Positions 50,991 to 61,768 of a DNA stretch of 64,000 nucleotides are shown one piece after another. The translations under genes and the position numbers were made by a program. Positions within the stretch are counted from its first letter, which is position 1. Each line of letters opens with the position of its first letter. The notes beneath the pieces are model-generated. The model was not told the origin of the DNA. It saw only the letters and a program-made list of their open reading frames with translations, and did no database searches. The stretch is from Endomicrobiales bacterium (GTDB lineage Bacteria; Elusimicrobiota; Endomicrobiia; Endomicrobiales; CAWCFT01): NCBI GenBank assembly GCA_963794945.1, contig CAWCFT010000008.1, positions 1 through 64,000 on the forward strand, given 5' to 3'.

Positions 50991-52719
50991 TTATTGGAGA
51001 GAAGGCAGAACAACGGTGAATTTTGTCCCGTGCCCAGGCTCGCTTGTAACTGATATATCGCCGTTTGCGTAACGTTATTATATGCTTGACTATCGCAAGC
51101 CCTAGCCCAGTACCGCCGAGTTTCCTAGACCGCGATTTATCAACTACGTAGAACCTTTCAAATATCCTCGGCAAATGTTCCTTGGGTATGCCTATGCCTG
51201 TGTCCTCGATCTCAATAACAATTGAGCTTCCGGATTTTTTTATCGCCAGGCTGACGCCGCCCTTGTCCGTATATTTAACCGCGTTATCCAGAAGATTAAT
51301 AAATACCTGTTCTATCTTAAAAGCATCGGCCTTAACTGGAGGAATATTTTCTGCGTCTAATTTAAGGCTCAGCCCCTTTTCCTGCACCCTCGCGCCGAAT
51401 ATCGCCATGGCCTCTTGCGCTACCTTTCTGAGGTCAACCTCGCCCAGGTCCAGTTTAAATCCGTGTTCTTCAAGATTTGACAAGACCAAAAGATCTTCGA
51501 CAATCCTTATAAGCCTGTTTGTATTCTTTATTATCGTATTGCAGTAACCCTTATTTTGTTCGCTGCCGGCGCTGTCTTCAAGGGTCTCCGCGAAGCCTTT
51601 AATAGCTGTAAGCGGCGTGCGCAGCTCATGCGAGACGTTTGTTACAAGGTCCTTCTTTAACTTGTCCATCTGTTTGAGATGAGTTATATCGTGGAACACT
51701 GCTATATACTCGTCTCTTCCGAGTATAAGCGATATTCCGCAAAGATAAGTTCTTCCTTCTATATCAATTTCAGCTCTAGCGTTATTAATATCGGCCGAAA
51801 CCTGTTTTACCAGGTCGTTGAACGCGCCGCTCATGATAATTTCCCAATACAATCTGCCTACGGCTTTCTGGCTGAATTCCTTCTCAAAGCTTGAGTTTGC
51901 GTACTTAATGCGCCCGTTACTGCTAAATACTGCCAGCGGTTCCTGAATTGAGAATATGATAGCTTCTACTTCTTTCTGCTTGCCAGCAGCTTCGTCAAAA
52001 TTCTTTTTAATGTCCCGAGTCATTGTGTTGAACGCATTGCCAAGTTCGCTTAATTCGTCGTTGTTCCTTACTTGTACTTTCACGTTATAGTCCCCCAGAG
52101 ATACTTTTCTCGCGGCTTCGGCGAGTGCCTTTAGCGGCCTGGATAGTTTTTTTGCGAAGAGATAGGCCATCACCAACGCCAATAAAAGCATGAATACGGC
52201 CCATTTAATAATATGTTCTTTAAGAGTGCTAAGAAGAGTATTTATATCTTTAAGGAGGATGCTCGCGCGGAGCACCCCAATGACCCTGCCGTTATCCACA
52301 AGCGGTTTCGCCACATAAAGCATTTCATCGTTTATAGTTGAGCTGAAACGGATAGCCACTCCCGTACCGCCTTTTAACGCTTCAGCTATCTCAGGGCGAG
52401 TTTTATGATTGCTCATAGTTGTGGGATTATTCTCGGAATCTGAGATAACAACGCCGTCAACATCAATCAAAGTCAGTCTGTAATGGGTTTTTTGGTCCAG
52501 CTCGGTAATTTGCTTGTTTATTGCGTCAATGGATCTGCTTTTAAAAAGTTTCCTGGTTTCAGGAGTTAGAGAAATAATAAGGTTATCCAGGGTTCTGGTT
52601 AGTGTTTCTATGTAGCTGGCCCTGATCATTTTGAACGAAATTAACAGTATCAGCAAAGAAAGCATTACCGTAATAAAAAAGAAACCTGCGAATATTTTAG
52701 AAAATATGGTCCTGAACAT
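50991..52719 (-). CDS. phoR: Phosphate regulon sensor kinase (frameshift near 51065; likely true end ..KFTVVLPSLQ*)
   Basis: HAMP-PAS, SHELRTPL, FERFYVVDKSRSRKLGGTGLGL. Confidence 0.9.
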
Positions 52720-52720
52720 C

Positions 52721-53401
52721 TTATTCCTCTAGTTTATAACCTATGCCCCTGGTATTTTTTATGAGAGCTCCTGCTTTTCCCAATTTCTCTCTAAGGTGCC
52801 TGACGTGCACATCGATTGTCCTATCAACTACTATCTTTTCATCGCCCCAGAGGTAGTCCAACAGCCTGTCGCGAGAGAACACCTTGCCTTTATTCGAAGC
52901 AAGCAGGTGAAGTATCTTAAACTCCGTCGTAGTCAATTCAATGGCCTCCCCACTCACTTCGACAGAATAGTTTTCTGGGAATATTTTCAATATCCCGGCT
53001 ACCTCAACCGACTTATCCGAAACCTTAGCTTCGTTGCGCCTCAAAACAACCTTGACCCGGGTTATCAGTTCTTTTACCGAAAAAGGTTTGGTAACGTAAT
53101 CATCGGCTCCTATCTCCAGCCCAACGATCTTATCCGACTCATCGCTTTTAGCAGTAAGCATTATCACAGGTATACGCGAATATTTCGGGTCTTTTTTCAA
53201 CTGTTTGCATATCTCGAACCCATCCATATCCGGCAGCATCACATCCAGAATAATGAGGGCCGGAGCGCCGTTTTTCAGGAATCTGAACAACCCTTTTGCG
53301 TCGCCAAACTCTTTAGAGGAAAAACCGTTCCTCTTGAGGTTTATCGATATAAGTTCACAAATATCTTCTTCGTCATCAACTACCGCGATAAGGTCTTTCA
53401 T
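52721..53401 (-). CDS. phoB: Phosphate regulon response regulator
   Basis: REC plus winged helix, adjacent to phoR and pst. Confidence 0.85.
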   Translation of the reverse strand: MKDLIAVVDDEEDICELISINLKRNGFSSKEFGDAKGLFRFLKNGAPALIILDVMLPDMDGFEICKQLKKDPKYSRIPVIMLTAKSDESDKIVGLEIGADDYVTKPFSVKELITRVKVVLRRNEAKVSDKSVEVAGILKIFPENYSVEVSGEAIELTTTEFKILHLLASNKGKVFSRDRLLDYLWGDEKIVVDRTIDVHVRHLREKLGKAGALIKNTRGIGYKLEE

Positions 53402-53825
53402 TTAATCTCCCTTGCAGGATGACTATATTTATTAAAAATATGTTCATCCCCCCTATTCTGCCCAAAAATGTTCAACGAATTTCCGCTCCTGATAGATAAA
53501 TGCCAGCGCTATAACTCGTTCTATTGCATATTTTAGCAAAATTTTAAGCACTTTTCTGTTTTTTGCTTGGAATTTTCCAACACATTGTGCCGCGCTGCAT
53601 TTCCACGCCTTCGGCCGATATAATTATTTTGTCTGCCCATACTGGCTTTATCAAAATCATTACAGGCAATAACCACGTATTTCAAAAGATTGTACGCAAA
53701 TATTACCGTCGCAACCAGGCAAGGATGCGCGGCCATATTATATTGGTTTTAGCCCTTGAATAAATTTCGTGATATTTGTTTTAATTCAAGAACTTTTTCC
53801 CGGACTTAGATTATATAACCTTGCA

Positions 53826-53875
53826 TTAACAAATAATTTATTGTAAATTAACATAATATTAACACGTTTTTCATA
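53826..53875 (+). promoter_or_regulatory. Pho-box-like array of five phased repeats
   Basis: TTAACA (53826), TTTATT (53837), TTAACA (53848), TTAACA (53859), TTCATA (53870). Confidence 0.6.
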
Positions 53876-54107
53876 ACATGACTAAAAGAAAAAACATTTC
53901 CTAATTCCGAATCATTGCACTACGCGAAGCTCTGTAGAATGGCAAAGCACCCTCTTTAATATTCTTGCTAATGACTTCCTAAAATCATATAATGATCACA
54001 TATTGCCATCAATTATCCTTCCGTTTTCGCTGCCGTTATTACTTAATTGAATGGAATTTTATTGAACAGCCATCAAAAACACTCGTGATATTCTAGAAGA
54101 GAATAAT

Positions 54108-57100
54108 ATGCACTCAGAATTTGTTCACCTTCACAATCATACCGAATATTCCCTTTTGGACGGCGCCTGCCGCCTTACGGACGACCGTGGCAAGCCCGCG
54201 GAACTCCTGCACATTATATCCAAAGAATACAAGATGCCGGCTCTAGCCATAACCGACCACGGCAACATGTACGGTGCTATGGAGTTTTTCTCTGCATGCC
54301 GGGAGTCCGGCATAAAACCGATAGTCGGCTGCGAGGTCTACCTGGCTCCCGGGTCGCGTTTCGATAAAGAGAACAAGAGGGGGTCGGACACGGAGAACTA
54401 TTTCCACCTTACCTTGCTTGCCAAGGATTTTACTGGCTACCAGAACCTGATGCATATTGTTAGCCTGGGATTCCTTGAAGGCTTCTATTACAAGCCGCGA
54501 ATAGATAAAGAACTCCTTAGAAAACACCACGAGGGTATAATCGCCCTTTCGGGCTGCCTTCAGGGCGAAGTCGCCAAGTCCCTGATGAAAGACAAATTCG
54601 CGGAAGCCGAAAAACTGGCGCAGGAATACCGCGATATATTTGGAAAAGATAATTATTACCTTGAAGTGATGGACCACGGGCTTGAGGACCAGAAAAGGAT
54701 TATCCCCCACCTGATGGAGCTCTCGAGCAAAAGCGGCATTCCTCTTGTTGCAACTAACGACTGCCACTTCCTAAAAAAGGATGATGCATACGACCACGAC
54801 GTGCTGCTTTGTATAGGCACCGGTAGAACGCTCGACGACCCTGGACGCATGAAGTTTTCTTCCGACCAGTTCTATTACAAAAGTCCGGCTGAGATGATAA
54901 AGCTTTTTGACTACATCCCGGACGCGGCAAAGAACACGCTTGCTATTGCCGACAAGGTTGGCCTCGACATAAATTTCGACCAATTACTACTGCCGCATTA
55001 CCCCGTGCCGGAGGGCGAGACCGCGGAGAGCTACCTTAAAAAGTTATGCGTACAGGGCCTCAAGACCCGTTACGGAGAAGTGACCGAGAAACACACAAAA
55101 AGGCTTGAACACGAGCTTGCTATTATAAATAAAATGGGGTTCGCGGCATACTTCCTTATAGTCTGGGACTTCATCGCTTACGCAAAAAGCCAGGGCATAC
55201 CGGTCGGACCTGGGCGCGGCTCGGGCGCCGGCGCCATAGTCGCCTACACGCTTGGCATAACCGACATTTGCCCGCTTAAGTACGGCCTCCTCTTTGAAAG
55301 GTTCCTGAACCCCGACAGGCGCTCCATGCCCGACCTCGACATAGATTTTGCCGATGCCGGGCGCGAACGCGTCATCGAGTATGTTATAAAAAAATACGGC
55401 GCGAGCAACTGCGCGCAGATAATAACTTTCGGCTCGATGCAGGCAAGGCTTGTTATTCGCGACGTCGGCCGCGTGATGGGCTTTACCCCGGGCGAAACGG
55501 ACAGGATAGCGAAGATGGTGCCGTTCGGCTCTAACATCTATACCGCCCTGCAAACTGTGCCCGAGCTAAAGAACCTTACGCACTCTGATGAACGTCTCAA
55601 AAAACTGATATCCTCTTCCCAGAAGCTGGAGGGCCTCAAGCGCCATACGGGAGTCCACGCAGCGGGCATGGTAATAGCTAAAGAAGAGATAACCAAGTTC
55701 TCCCCGCTCGCCAAAGGTTCTAAGGACATTATCACCACCCAATATGACGGCAACATACTACCGAAGCTGGGCCTTTTAAAAGTAGACTTTCTCGGTTTGC
55801 GAACGCTTACAATAATCGATGATGCAGTAAAAATGATAAGGGCAAACAAGAAGCCAGATTTCACTTTAAAAGACTTAGACCTTTCTGACAAGCCGACATT
55901 TAAACTTCTTAACGCGGCCCAGGCGCTCGGCGTTTTCCAGTTGGAATCGCGCGGTATGCGCGACCTTTTGAGGAAACTACAACCGACCGACATAGAAGAT
56001 GTGATAGCTCTAATAGCGCTCTACCGCCCGGGCCCTATGGGTTCTGGCATGATAGACGACTTTGTCGGAAGGAAACATGGACGAACTAAAACGAAATACG
56101 ACCACGCTTTGCTCGAACCGATACTAAAAGACACATACGGCGTCATTCTCTACCAGGAACAGGTAATGCGGATAGCGACCGACCTTGCCGGCTTTACCGC
56201 TGGCGAAGCAAACGGCCTGCGCAAAGCTATGGGCAAAAAGATACCCGAAGAAATAGAAAAACAGCGCGAGAAGTTCATCGCCGGCGCAAAAGCCAAGGGC
56301 GTAGATAAGCACATATCCGAGAAAACTTTCGACCTCCTGGTAAAATTCGGCGGATACGGCTTCAACAAGTCCCACGCCGCGGCTTATGGGATAGTATCCT
56401 ACCAGACAGCGTACCTTAAAGCTAACTACACAATAGAATACCTGACTGCACTCATGAACTCCGAGATCGGCCGATCCGTGGCGGGCAAGGAAGAAGAGGA
56501 ATCAAAGCTCTCCACTTACGTGCAGGACGCCGAGAAGTTCGGAATAAAGATACTGCCTCCAAACGTTGACTGTTCAGAAACCAAGTTTTCGATCGAAGGC
56601 AGCAACATACGCTTCGGCTTGATGGCAGTTAAGAACGTTGGGGAAGGCGCGGCTCAGTCCATTGTCGACTCGCGCAAGATGAAGGGGCCGTTCAAATCAT
56701 GGGAGGAGTTCATAAACAGGGTAGACCTTCACGCGATAAACCATAAAGTCTTTGAATCGTTGATAAAGGCCGGAGCTTTCGACCAATTTGGCGAAAAATA
56801 CAACGGAACACGGGCGTATCTTACGGCAAACCTGGACAAGTCGCTTGAGCGCGCCCAGAGCCACAACAAGGATTCGGCTATTGGGCAAGGCTCGCTGTTC
56901 GAGCCGGAACAGTTCGCCGCGGATACCGATAATAACGTCAAAGTAGAACCCTGGTCTGAGCATGACGCCTTGAGCTTCGAAAAAGAAGTCCTTGGCTTTT
57001 ACCTCTCCGGCCACCCGCTCGCACAGCACCAGCACGAGCTTGTGGCCTATTCGCAGTATCGGCTTGACCATCTGCCCCAGGGGGGGGACGACCCGAGGTC

Positions 57101-57617
57101 TTCTCCACTGGTTCGCCTGGCAGGCATGATAGCGAACGCAAAAAAACTCATGACAAAAGAAAAGAAAGAACCATACGCCCGGTTCAAGTTAGAAGACTTA
57201 AATGGCGAGATAGAAGTGGTCGTTTTCCCCAAGAGCTACGCCGCAGGCATGGCAAAGTATATTGTCCCAAACACGCTGGTTGTGGTCAAGGGGCGGTTGT
57301 CAGGCAGGGATTCGTCCAACGAGCTTCTTGCTGAAGAGATGATGACTATGGAAGAAGCAAAGCGTAAACTTGTGCCTTACACAGGCACCATACACCTTAA
57401 ACTATCATCAGCAGGGTTTGAAGAGAGCGCCCTTAACAGGATTAAAGATATAATCAAAGAACATCCCGGCAAATCGCCTGTAGTACTGGATGTAGCGGTC
57501 CCCGGTAAGGGAGAGTATGCCGTTGAGACTGAGCTAAGCGTAAAGTACGGCCAGAAGTTCTTTACTGACATAGAAGATCTGCTCGGCCAGGATTCCTGGG
57601 AATTAAAGTCAATATAA
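54108..57617 (+). CDS. dnaE: DNA polymerase III alpha subunit
   Basis: PHP domain HLHNHTEYSLLDG; GRGSGAG; PDLDIDF; FNKSH; OB fold. Confidence 0.98.
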   Translation: MHSEFVHLHNHTEYSLLDGACRLTDDRGKPAELLHIISKEYKMPALAITDHGNMYGAMEFFSACRESGIKPIVGCEVYLAPGSRFDKENKRGSDTENYFHLTLLAKDFTGYQNLMHIVSLGFLEGFYYKPRIDKELLRKHHEGIIALSGCLQGEVAKSLMKDKFAEAEKLAQEYRDIFGKDNYYLEVMDHGLEDQKRIIPHLMELSSKSGIPLVATNDCHFLKKDDAYDHDVLLCIGTGRTLDDPGRMKFSSDQFYYKSPAEMIKLFDYIPDAAKNTLAIADKVGLDINFDQLLLPHYPVPEGETAESYLKKLCVQGLKTRYGEVTEKHTKRLEHELAIINKMGFAAYFLIVWDFIAYAKSQGIPVGPGRGSGAGAIVAYTLGITDICPLKYGLLFERFLNPDRRSMPDLDIDFADAGRERVIEYVIKKYGASNCAQIITFGSMQARLVIRDVGRVMGFTPGETDRIAKMVPFGSNIYTALQTVPELKNLTHSDERLKKLISSSQKLEGLKRHTGVHAAGMVIAKEEITKFSPLAKGSKDIITTQYDGNILPKLGLLKVDFLGLRTLTIIDDAVKMIRANKKPDFTLKDLDLSDKPTFKLLNAAQALGVFQLESRGMRDLLRKLQPTDIEDVIALIALYRPGPMGSGMIDDFVGRKHGRTKTKYDHALLEPILKDTYGVILYQEQVMRIATDLAGFTAGEANGLRKAMGKKIPEEIEKQREKFIAGAKAKGVDKHISEKTFDLLVKFGGYGFNKSHAAAYGIVSYQTAYLKANYTIEYLTALMNSEIGRSVAGKEEEESKLSTYVQDAEKFGIKILPPNVDCSETKFSIEGSNIRFGLMAVKNVGEGAAQSIVDSRKMKGPFKSWEEFINRVDLHAINHKVFESLIKAGAFDQFGEKYNGTRAYLTANLDKSLERAQSHNKDSAIGQGSLFEPEQFAADTDNNVKVEPWSEHDALSFEKEVLGFYLSGHPLAQHQHELVAYSQYRLDHLPQGGDDPRSSPLVRLAGMIANAKKLMTKEKKEPYARFKLEDLNGEIEVVVFPKSYAAGMAKYIVPNTLVVVKGRLSGRDSSNELLAEEMMTMEEAKRKLVPYTGTIHLKLSSAGFEESALNRIKDIIKEHPGKSPVVLDVAVPGKGEYAVETELSVKYGQKFFTDIEDLLGQDSWELKSI

Positions 57618-57621
57618 CATC

Positions 57622-57735
57622 AGTTCAAAAGATCAAGAGTTCAAGGTTCAAAGTTGGCGCCTTAACCACTAATCATGATCAAGTTTTGTTAAAATTACCT
57701 TTGAACTTTTGGACCATTGAACCCTTGAGCTTTTA
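57622..57735. repeat. Family-C periodic palindrome
   Basis: AGTTCAAGGTTCAAAG..CTTTGAAC..TTGAACCCTTGAGC; sister copy at 61221. Confidence 0.7.
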
Positions 57736-57738
57736 GTT

Positions 57739-58807
57739 ATGAACCGAACAATATTTTTCTTATCCCTTCTAATGTTTTCGCTGTACTGCAATTCCGGCGC
57801 AAATGAAACACGTTACTACCAAAAACTTGCCACGGGCGACATAAACTGTCTTTTGTGCCCCAGGAACTGCGTTCTGCGCGAAGGCCAAACCGGTGTGTGC
57901 CGCACTAGAAAGAACGTCAACGGCAAACTTGAGAGCCTAGTGTACGGCAAACTCGTTTCTGTAAACATTGACCCAATAGAAAAGAAACCCCTCTTCCATT
58001 TCCTACCCAGAACACCCACTTTTTCCATAGCTACTGCCGGCTGTAACCTTCGCTGCGTTTTTTGCCAGAACTGGGAAATCTCACAGGCCGAACCAGGCGA
58101 CGTACGGGCGCAAAACGTTTCACCTGAAGAGCTAATCGCCGCCGCAAAGAAAAATAATTGCCCATCGATATCCTATACATATTCCGAGCCGGTAGCTTTC
58201 TACGACTACATGTACGATTCGGCAATGCTCGCAAGAAAGAACGGCATAAAGAACGTTCTTGTAACGTGCGGCTACATCAACCCGGAACCATTGAAAGACC
58301 TGTCAAAATTCCTGGACGCTGCGAACGTTGACCTCAAGGGCTTCTCGGACAATACGTACAGGTGGGTCAGCTGCGACACAACTGGCGCCTGTGCTTGAGA
58401 CATTGAAGGTCCTAAAAGAAAACGGTGTATGGCTTGAAGTAGGCTATCTTGTTATACCTTCAGTCAACGACAGCCCTAAGGAAATGAAGGGCCTTATGGA
58501 CTGGATAGTAAAAGACCTCGGTAAAGACGTGCCCGTGCATTTCCTCCGTTTTTTCCCAAGGCACAAACTGACTAATCTCCCGCCGACACCCGTGGAAACG
58601 CTTGATCAGGCGTATAGGCTTGCAAAGGCAGCGGGCATTAATTACGTTTATATCGGGAACGTGCCGGGATCGAAATACGAAAACACTTATTGCCCGAGAT
58701 GCAAAAATATGCTAGTTGAAAGGAAAGGCTACTTCATAGAAGAATTCAATATAGTTAACGGGCACTGCAAGTTTTGCGGACAGAAGATACCGGGGGTATG
58801 GAAATAG
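57739..58807 (+). CDS. amrS: AmmeMemoRadiSam radical SAM enzyme (frameshift near 58375)
   Basis: CLLCPRNC, DPIEKKPLFHF, CNLRCVFC, YTYSEP, C-terminal CxxC pairs. Confidence 0.92.
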
Positions 58808-58912
58808 AAAATCAAATATCAAAATTTTAATGTTAAAGATACAAGTCAACATTTAAAGTGTTTTTACTTATTAAAGCCGTTAACCTTAATTTTGATATTT
58901 GATGTTTGATAT
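58807..58912. repeat. Family-A palindromic element
   Basis: AAAATCAAATATCAAAA..TTTTGATATTTGATGTTTGATAT. Confidence 0.7.
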
Positions 58913-58927
58913 TGCGAGGGAAAGAAA

Positions 58928-60454
58928 ATGAAATACAAACCTTATTTATCTATCTTTTTATGTATGTCCATGTGTTGCTGCGGCAATGCCTCTGATACTA
59001 GAAAACCCGCTGTTGCGGGCCAGTTCTACCCAGCAAACCCCAATGTGCTCAGATCGGATATAGCTTCTTACCTGTCAAGAGTGCCAGAACAAAAAATTCA
59101 GGGCACACCGGTAGCTTTCCTCGTGCCGCACGCTGGGTACGAGTATTCGGCTCAAACCGCCGCCTATTCGTATTGCCTGCTGTCAGGAATGAATGTCAAA
59201 AATATCGTCATTCTAGGCAATAGCCATCATTTCGGTCTTTCAAAAGCCGCTGTTTATCCGTCAGGGAAATTCGACTCCCCAATAGGCGCTTTAGAGATCA
59301 ACGAGGCGCTGGCTCGTAAAATAATTTCAGAAAGCCCTCTTTTTGAGGAGAACAGAATGCCGCATGGCCCCGAACACTCGCTTGAAGTACAGGTCCCATT
59401 CCTGTTGATGACCATGAAAAATATAAGCATCGTACCTATACTTATGGGCAATTCCAATTTTTCTCTGTATGACTGCCAAAAGGCCGGAGAAGCAGTCGCA
59501 AAAGCGATAAAAGACCTTGGCCTTGAAGGTACAACCGTCATTATTGCGTCAAGCGACCTATCGCATTATCCCTCATGGGCAAATGCGAATATGTCGGACG
59601 CCGCCTCACTCAAGGCAATAGGTAACTTTGACCCGTCAGCGCTAGAAAAAGTCAATTCAAGCATCATGTCCGCTTCGGTCCAAAACTTAGTATGCACTTT
59701 ATGCGGTATTGAGGATGTTTTCGCCGCTATGTACGCAGCAAAAGCGCTCGGCGCTGATAAAGCGCAGGTTTTGCATTACGAAAATTCCGGAGACGTAACC
59801 GGGGATAAATCACGGGTGGTCGGTTATGGAGCGGCGGTATTTTATAAGGAAGGAACAAATACTACTCAGGGCAAACGCCCTGCAACGGAGAAAAATATGA
59901 GCAATTTCAGCGTCAGTGAAAAGAACCAGAAAGAACTGCTTAAAGTCGCAAGGTTGTCCATCGGTAATTATTTGAAAACAAAAAAACTGTCTAATTACAA
60001 GACATCCGACCCCGAGCTGCTGACACCTGCCGCCGTGTTTGTCACGCTTACCCAGAACAGCGCCCTGCGCGGCTGCATTGGCACGACTGAACCGCACGCG
60101 CCGCTTTACGAAGCGGTTAACCAGCTGGCTGTCGCGGCTGCGTTCGAGGATTACCGTTTCAGCCCTATGACAGAAGCCGAGCTTCCGAAAACCCACATAG
60201 AGATATCAGTGCTTTCGCCGCTCACGCGCGTCAGGAGCGCCGACGAGATAAAACCGGGTGTACACGGCGTTGTGGTACGGCAGGGCGGCAGGAGCGGCCT
60301 TTTCCTACCGCAGGTGTGGGAACAGATACCCGGCAAGGAAGAATTCCTCAACGAACTCTGCTGGCAGAAAGCCGGCCTTCAGCCTTCAGCGTGGAAAGAC
60401 CCCAAAACTGAACTGTATATATTCACTGTATTCGCTTTTGAAGAACCGAAATAA
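58928..60454 (+). CDS. amrB: AmmeMemoRadiSam protein B (Memo) fused to protein A (AMMECR1)
   Basis: AVAGQFYP, PHAGY, EHSLEVQ, SSDLSHY; then FVTL..LRGCIG, FLPQVW. Confidence 0.92.
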   Translation: MKYKPYLSIFLCMSMCCCGNASDTRKPAVAGQFYPANPNVLRSDIASYLSRVPEQKIQGTPVAFLVPHAGYEYSAQTAAYSYCLLSGMNVKNIVILGNSHHFGLSKAAVYPSGKFDSPIGALEINEALARKIISESPLFEENRMPHGPEHSLEVQVPFLLMTMKNISIVPILMGNSNFSLYDCQKAGEAVAKAIKDLGLEGTTVIIASSDLSHYPSWANANMSDAASLKAIGNFDPSALEKVNSSIMSASVQNLVCTLCGIEDVFAAMYAAKALGADKAQVLHYENSGDVTGDKSRVVGYGAAVFYKEGTNTTQGKRPATEKNMSNFSVSEKNQKELLKVARLSIGNYLKTKKLSNYKTSDPELLTPAAVFVTLTQNSALRGCIGTTEPHAPLYEAVNQLAVAAAFEDYRFSPMTEAELPKTHIEISVLSPLTRVRSADEIKPGVHGVVVRQGGRSGLFLPQVWEQIPGKEEFLNELCWQKAGLQPSAWKDPKTELYIFTVFAFEEPK

Positions 60455-60457
60455 ATA

Positions 60458-60553
60458 AAGTTATAAGCTGTAAGTCATAAGCTATAAGTAACCACCCTCA
60501 AGGCTTATTCTGTTGGCCGTTAGCTTACAACTTAAAGCTTATAGCTTATAGCT
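60458..60553. repeat. Family-B periodic palindrome
   Basis: TTATAAGCTGTAAGTCATAAGCTATAAG..CTTAAAGCTTATAGCTTATAGCT. Confidence 0.7.
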
Positions 60554-60559
60554 AATATT

Positions 60560-61153
60560 ATGATATTTATCGAAGGCCTCACATTAGGTTTCGCTAATAA
60601 CATCTTTTGTATCGGCACTTGTGTGCCCGCCCTCCTGCCTGTCGTCCTTGGCCAAAAAGATAAACCTGTATACCCTGTATTAAAATTTATGACGGGAAGA
60701 TTGATAGCTTACGTACTATTCGGGCAGTATCCGGGGCTGCCGGCATATACTTCGAAGGAAGGATTAACCCGCGGATATTTTCTGTCTTTGTGATCCTTCT
60801 TGCCATTTTTATAATTTTTTTTGCTCTGGCAGATGTTAAACTAAAACTCTGCCCTGCGGGCCTCATGAGATTTGTCAACAAAAATATCCCGTTCTACCTG
60901 GGGTTCGTGATGGGGCTGAATATCTGCCCGCCGTTCCTGATGGGATTATCACGAACTCTTGAGTTTGGCAGCGTTTTTTCGTCAGTTTGTGTTTTTTCTT
61001 GGGTTTTATCTGGGTTCAAGCGCGTGGCTTATCGCTTTCCTTTTCTTTGGAAGACTGCCGAGGCTAAACTACGTAAATATTGCAGGAAGGGTACTCGCCG
61101 CCGCGGTCGGTATGTGGTATATATACAACGGAATTGTCTTGCTATTATTCTAA
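60560..61153 (+). CDS. DsbD_2 / TauE-SafE-like membrane protein (two frameshifts)
   Basis: C.G.C.P, GRLIAY, G..MGLNICPP across three frames. Confidence 0.7.
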
Positions 61154-61169
61154 AATGCTGTATAAATAA

Positions 61170-61210
61170 AAGCGGCCCGGATGGGCGTCCACGTCATCCG
61201 AGCCGCTTAT
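61170..61210. terminator. Terminator hairpin between convergent genes
   Basis: AAGCGGCCCGGATG..CATCCGAGCCGCTT, with a T-run on the minus strand. Confidence 0.75.
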
Positions 61211-61220
61211 ACTTCAACTA

Positions 61221-61330
61221 AGTTCAAGGTTCAAGGTTTAAAGTTCAAAAGTTACTATCAAACTCAACAACGTATGTTATTAGTTGTTAAAACATCGTGA
61301 TTGAACCCTTGAACCTTTGAGCTTTGAACC
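61221..61330. repeat. Family-C periodic palindrome
   Basis: AGTTCAAGGTTCAAGG..TTGAACCCTTGAACCTTTGAGC. Confidence 0.7.
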
Positions 61331-61334
61331 GCTT

Positions 61335-61676
61335 TTAACCTATCGCATCGTGGCCTGTTTCACCCGTTCTTATCCTCAAGCATTCCTGAAGTTCAAGAAC
61401 GAATATCTTGCCGTCGCCAACCTCGCCAGTCCTCGCGCCTTTGACTATCGCGCCTATTGTGGGCTTAACGAAATCATCATTAACGGCTATCTCGATCTGG
61501 ACTTTTCTCAAAAGGTTCCCGCTCTCTTTAACGCCGCGATAAACTTCTGTCACACCCATCTGCCTGCCGTGCCCGAGCACTTCGCTTACAGTTATAAGGT
61601 TAACCTCGGCTTTATAAAGTTCCTTTTTTACTTCACCCAGCTTATCCGGCTGTATCACCGCTATTATAAGTTTCAT
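61335..61676 (-). CDS. glnK: Nitrogen regulatory protein P-II
   Basis: [27 protein letters not shown]; follows amtB. Confidence 0.93.
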   Translation of the reverse strand: MKLIIAVIQPDKLGEVKKELYKAEVNLITVSEVLGHGRQMGVTEVYRGVKESGNLLRKVQIEIAVNDDFVKPTIGAIVKGARTGEVGDGKIFVLELQECLRIRTGETGHDAIG

Positions 61677-61768
61677 GAATAACTCCTAATTATAAGATTT
61701 GAATATTAAAAATTTAGAAAATTAGGGCCCTTAAAATCTTCCAATTTTCATAATCTTTAATTTATAAT

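Noticed and set aside
53533..53763. Short ORFs between phoB and dnaE
   Set aside because: No recognisable motif or RBS; a degraded gene cannot be excluded but is unsupported.
54108..57617. Intein in dnaE
   Set aside because: Normal length, continuous motifs, and no intein signatures.
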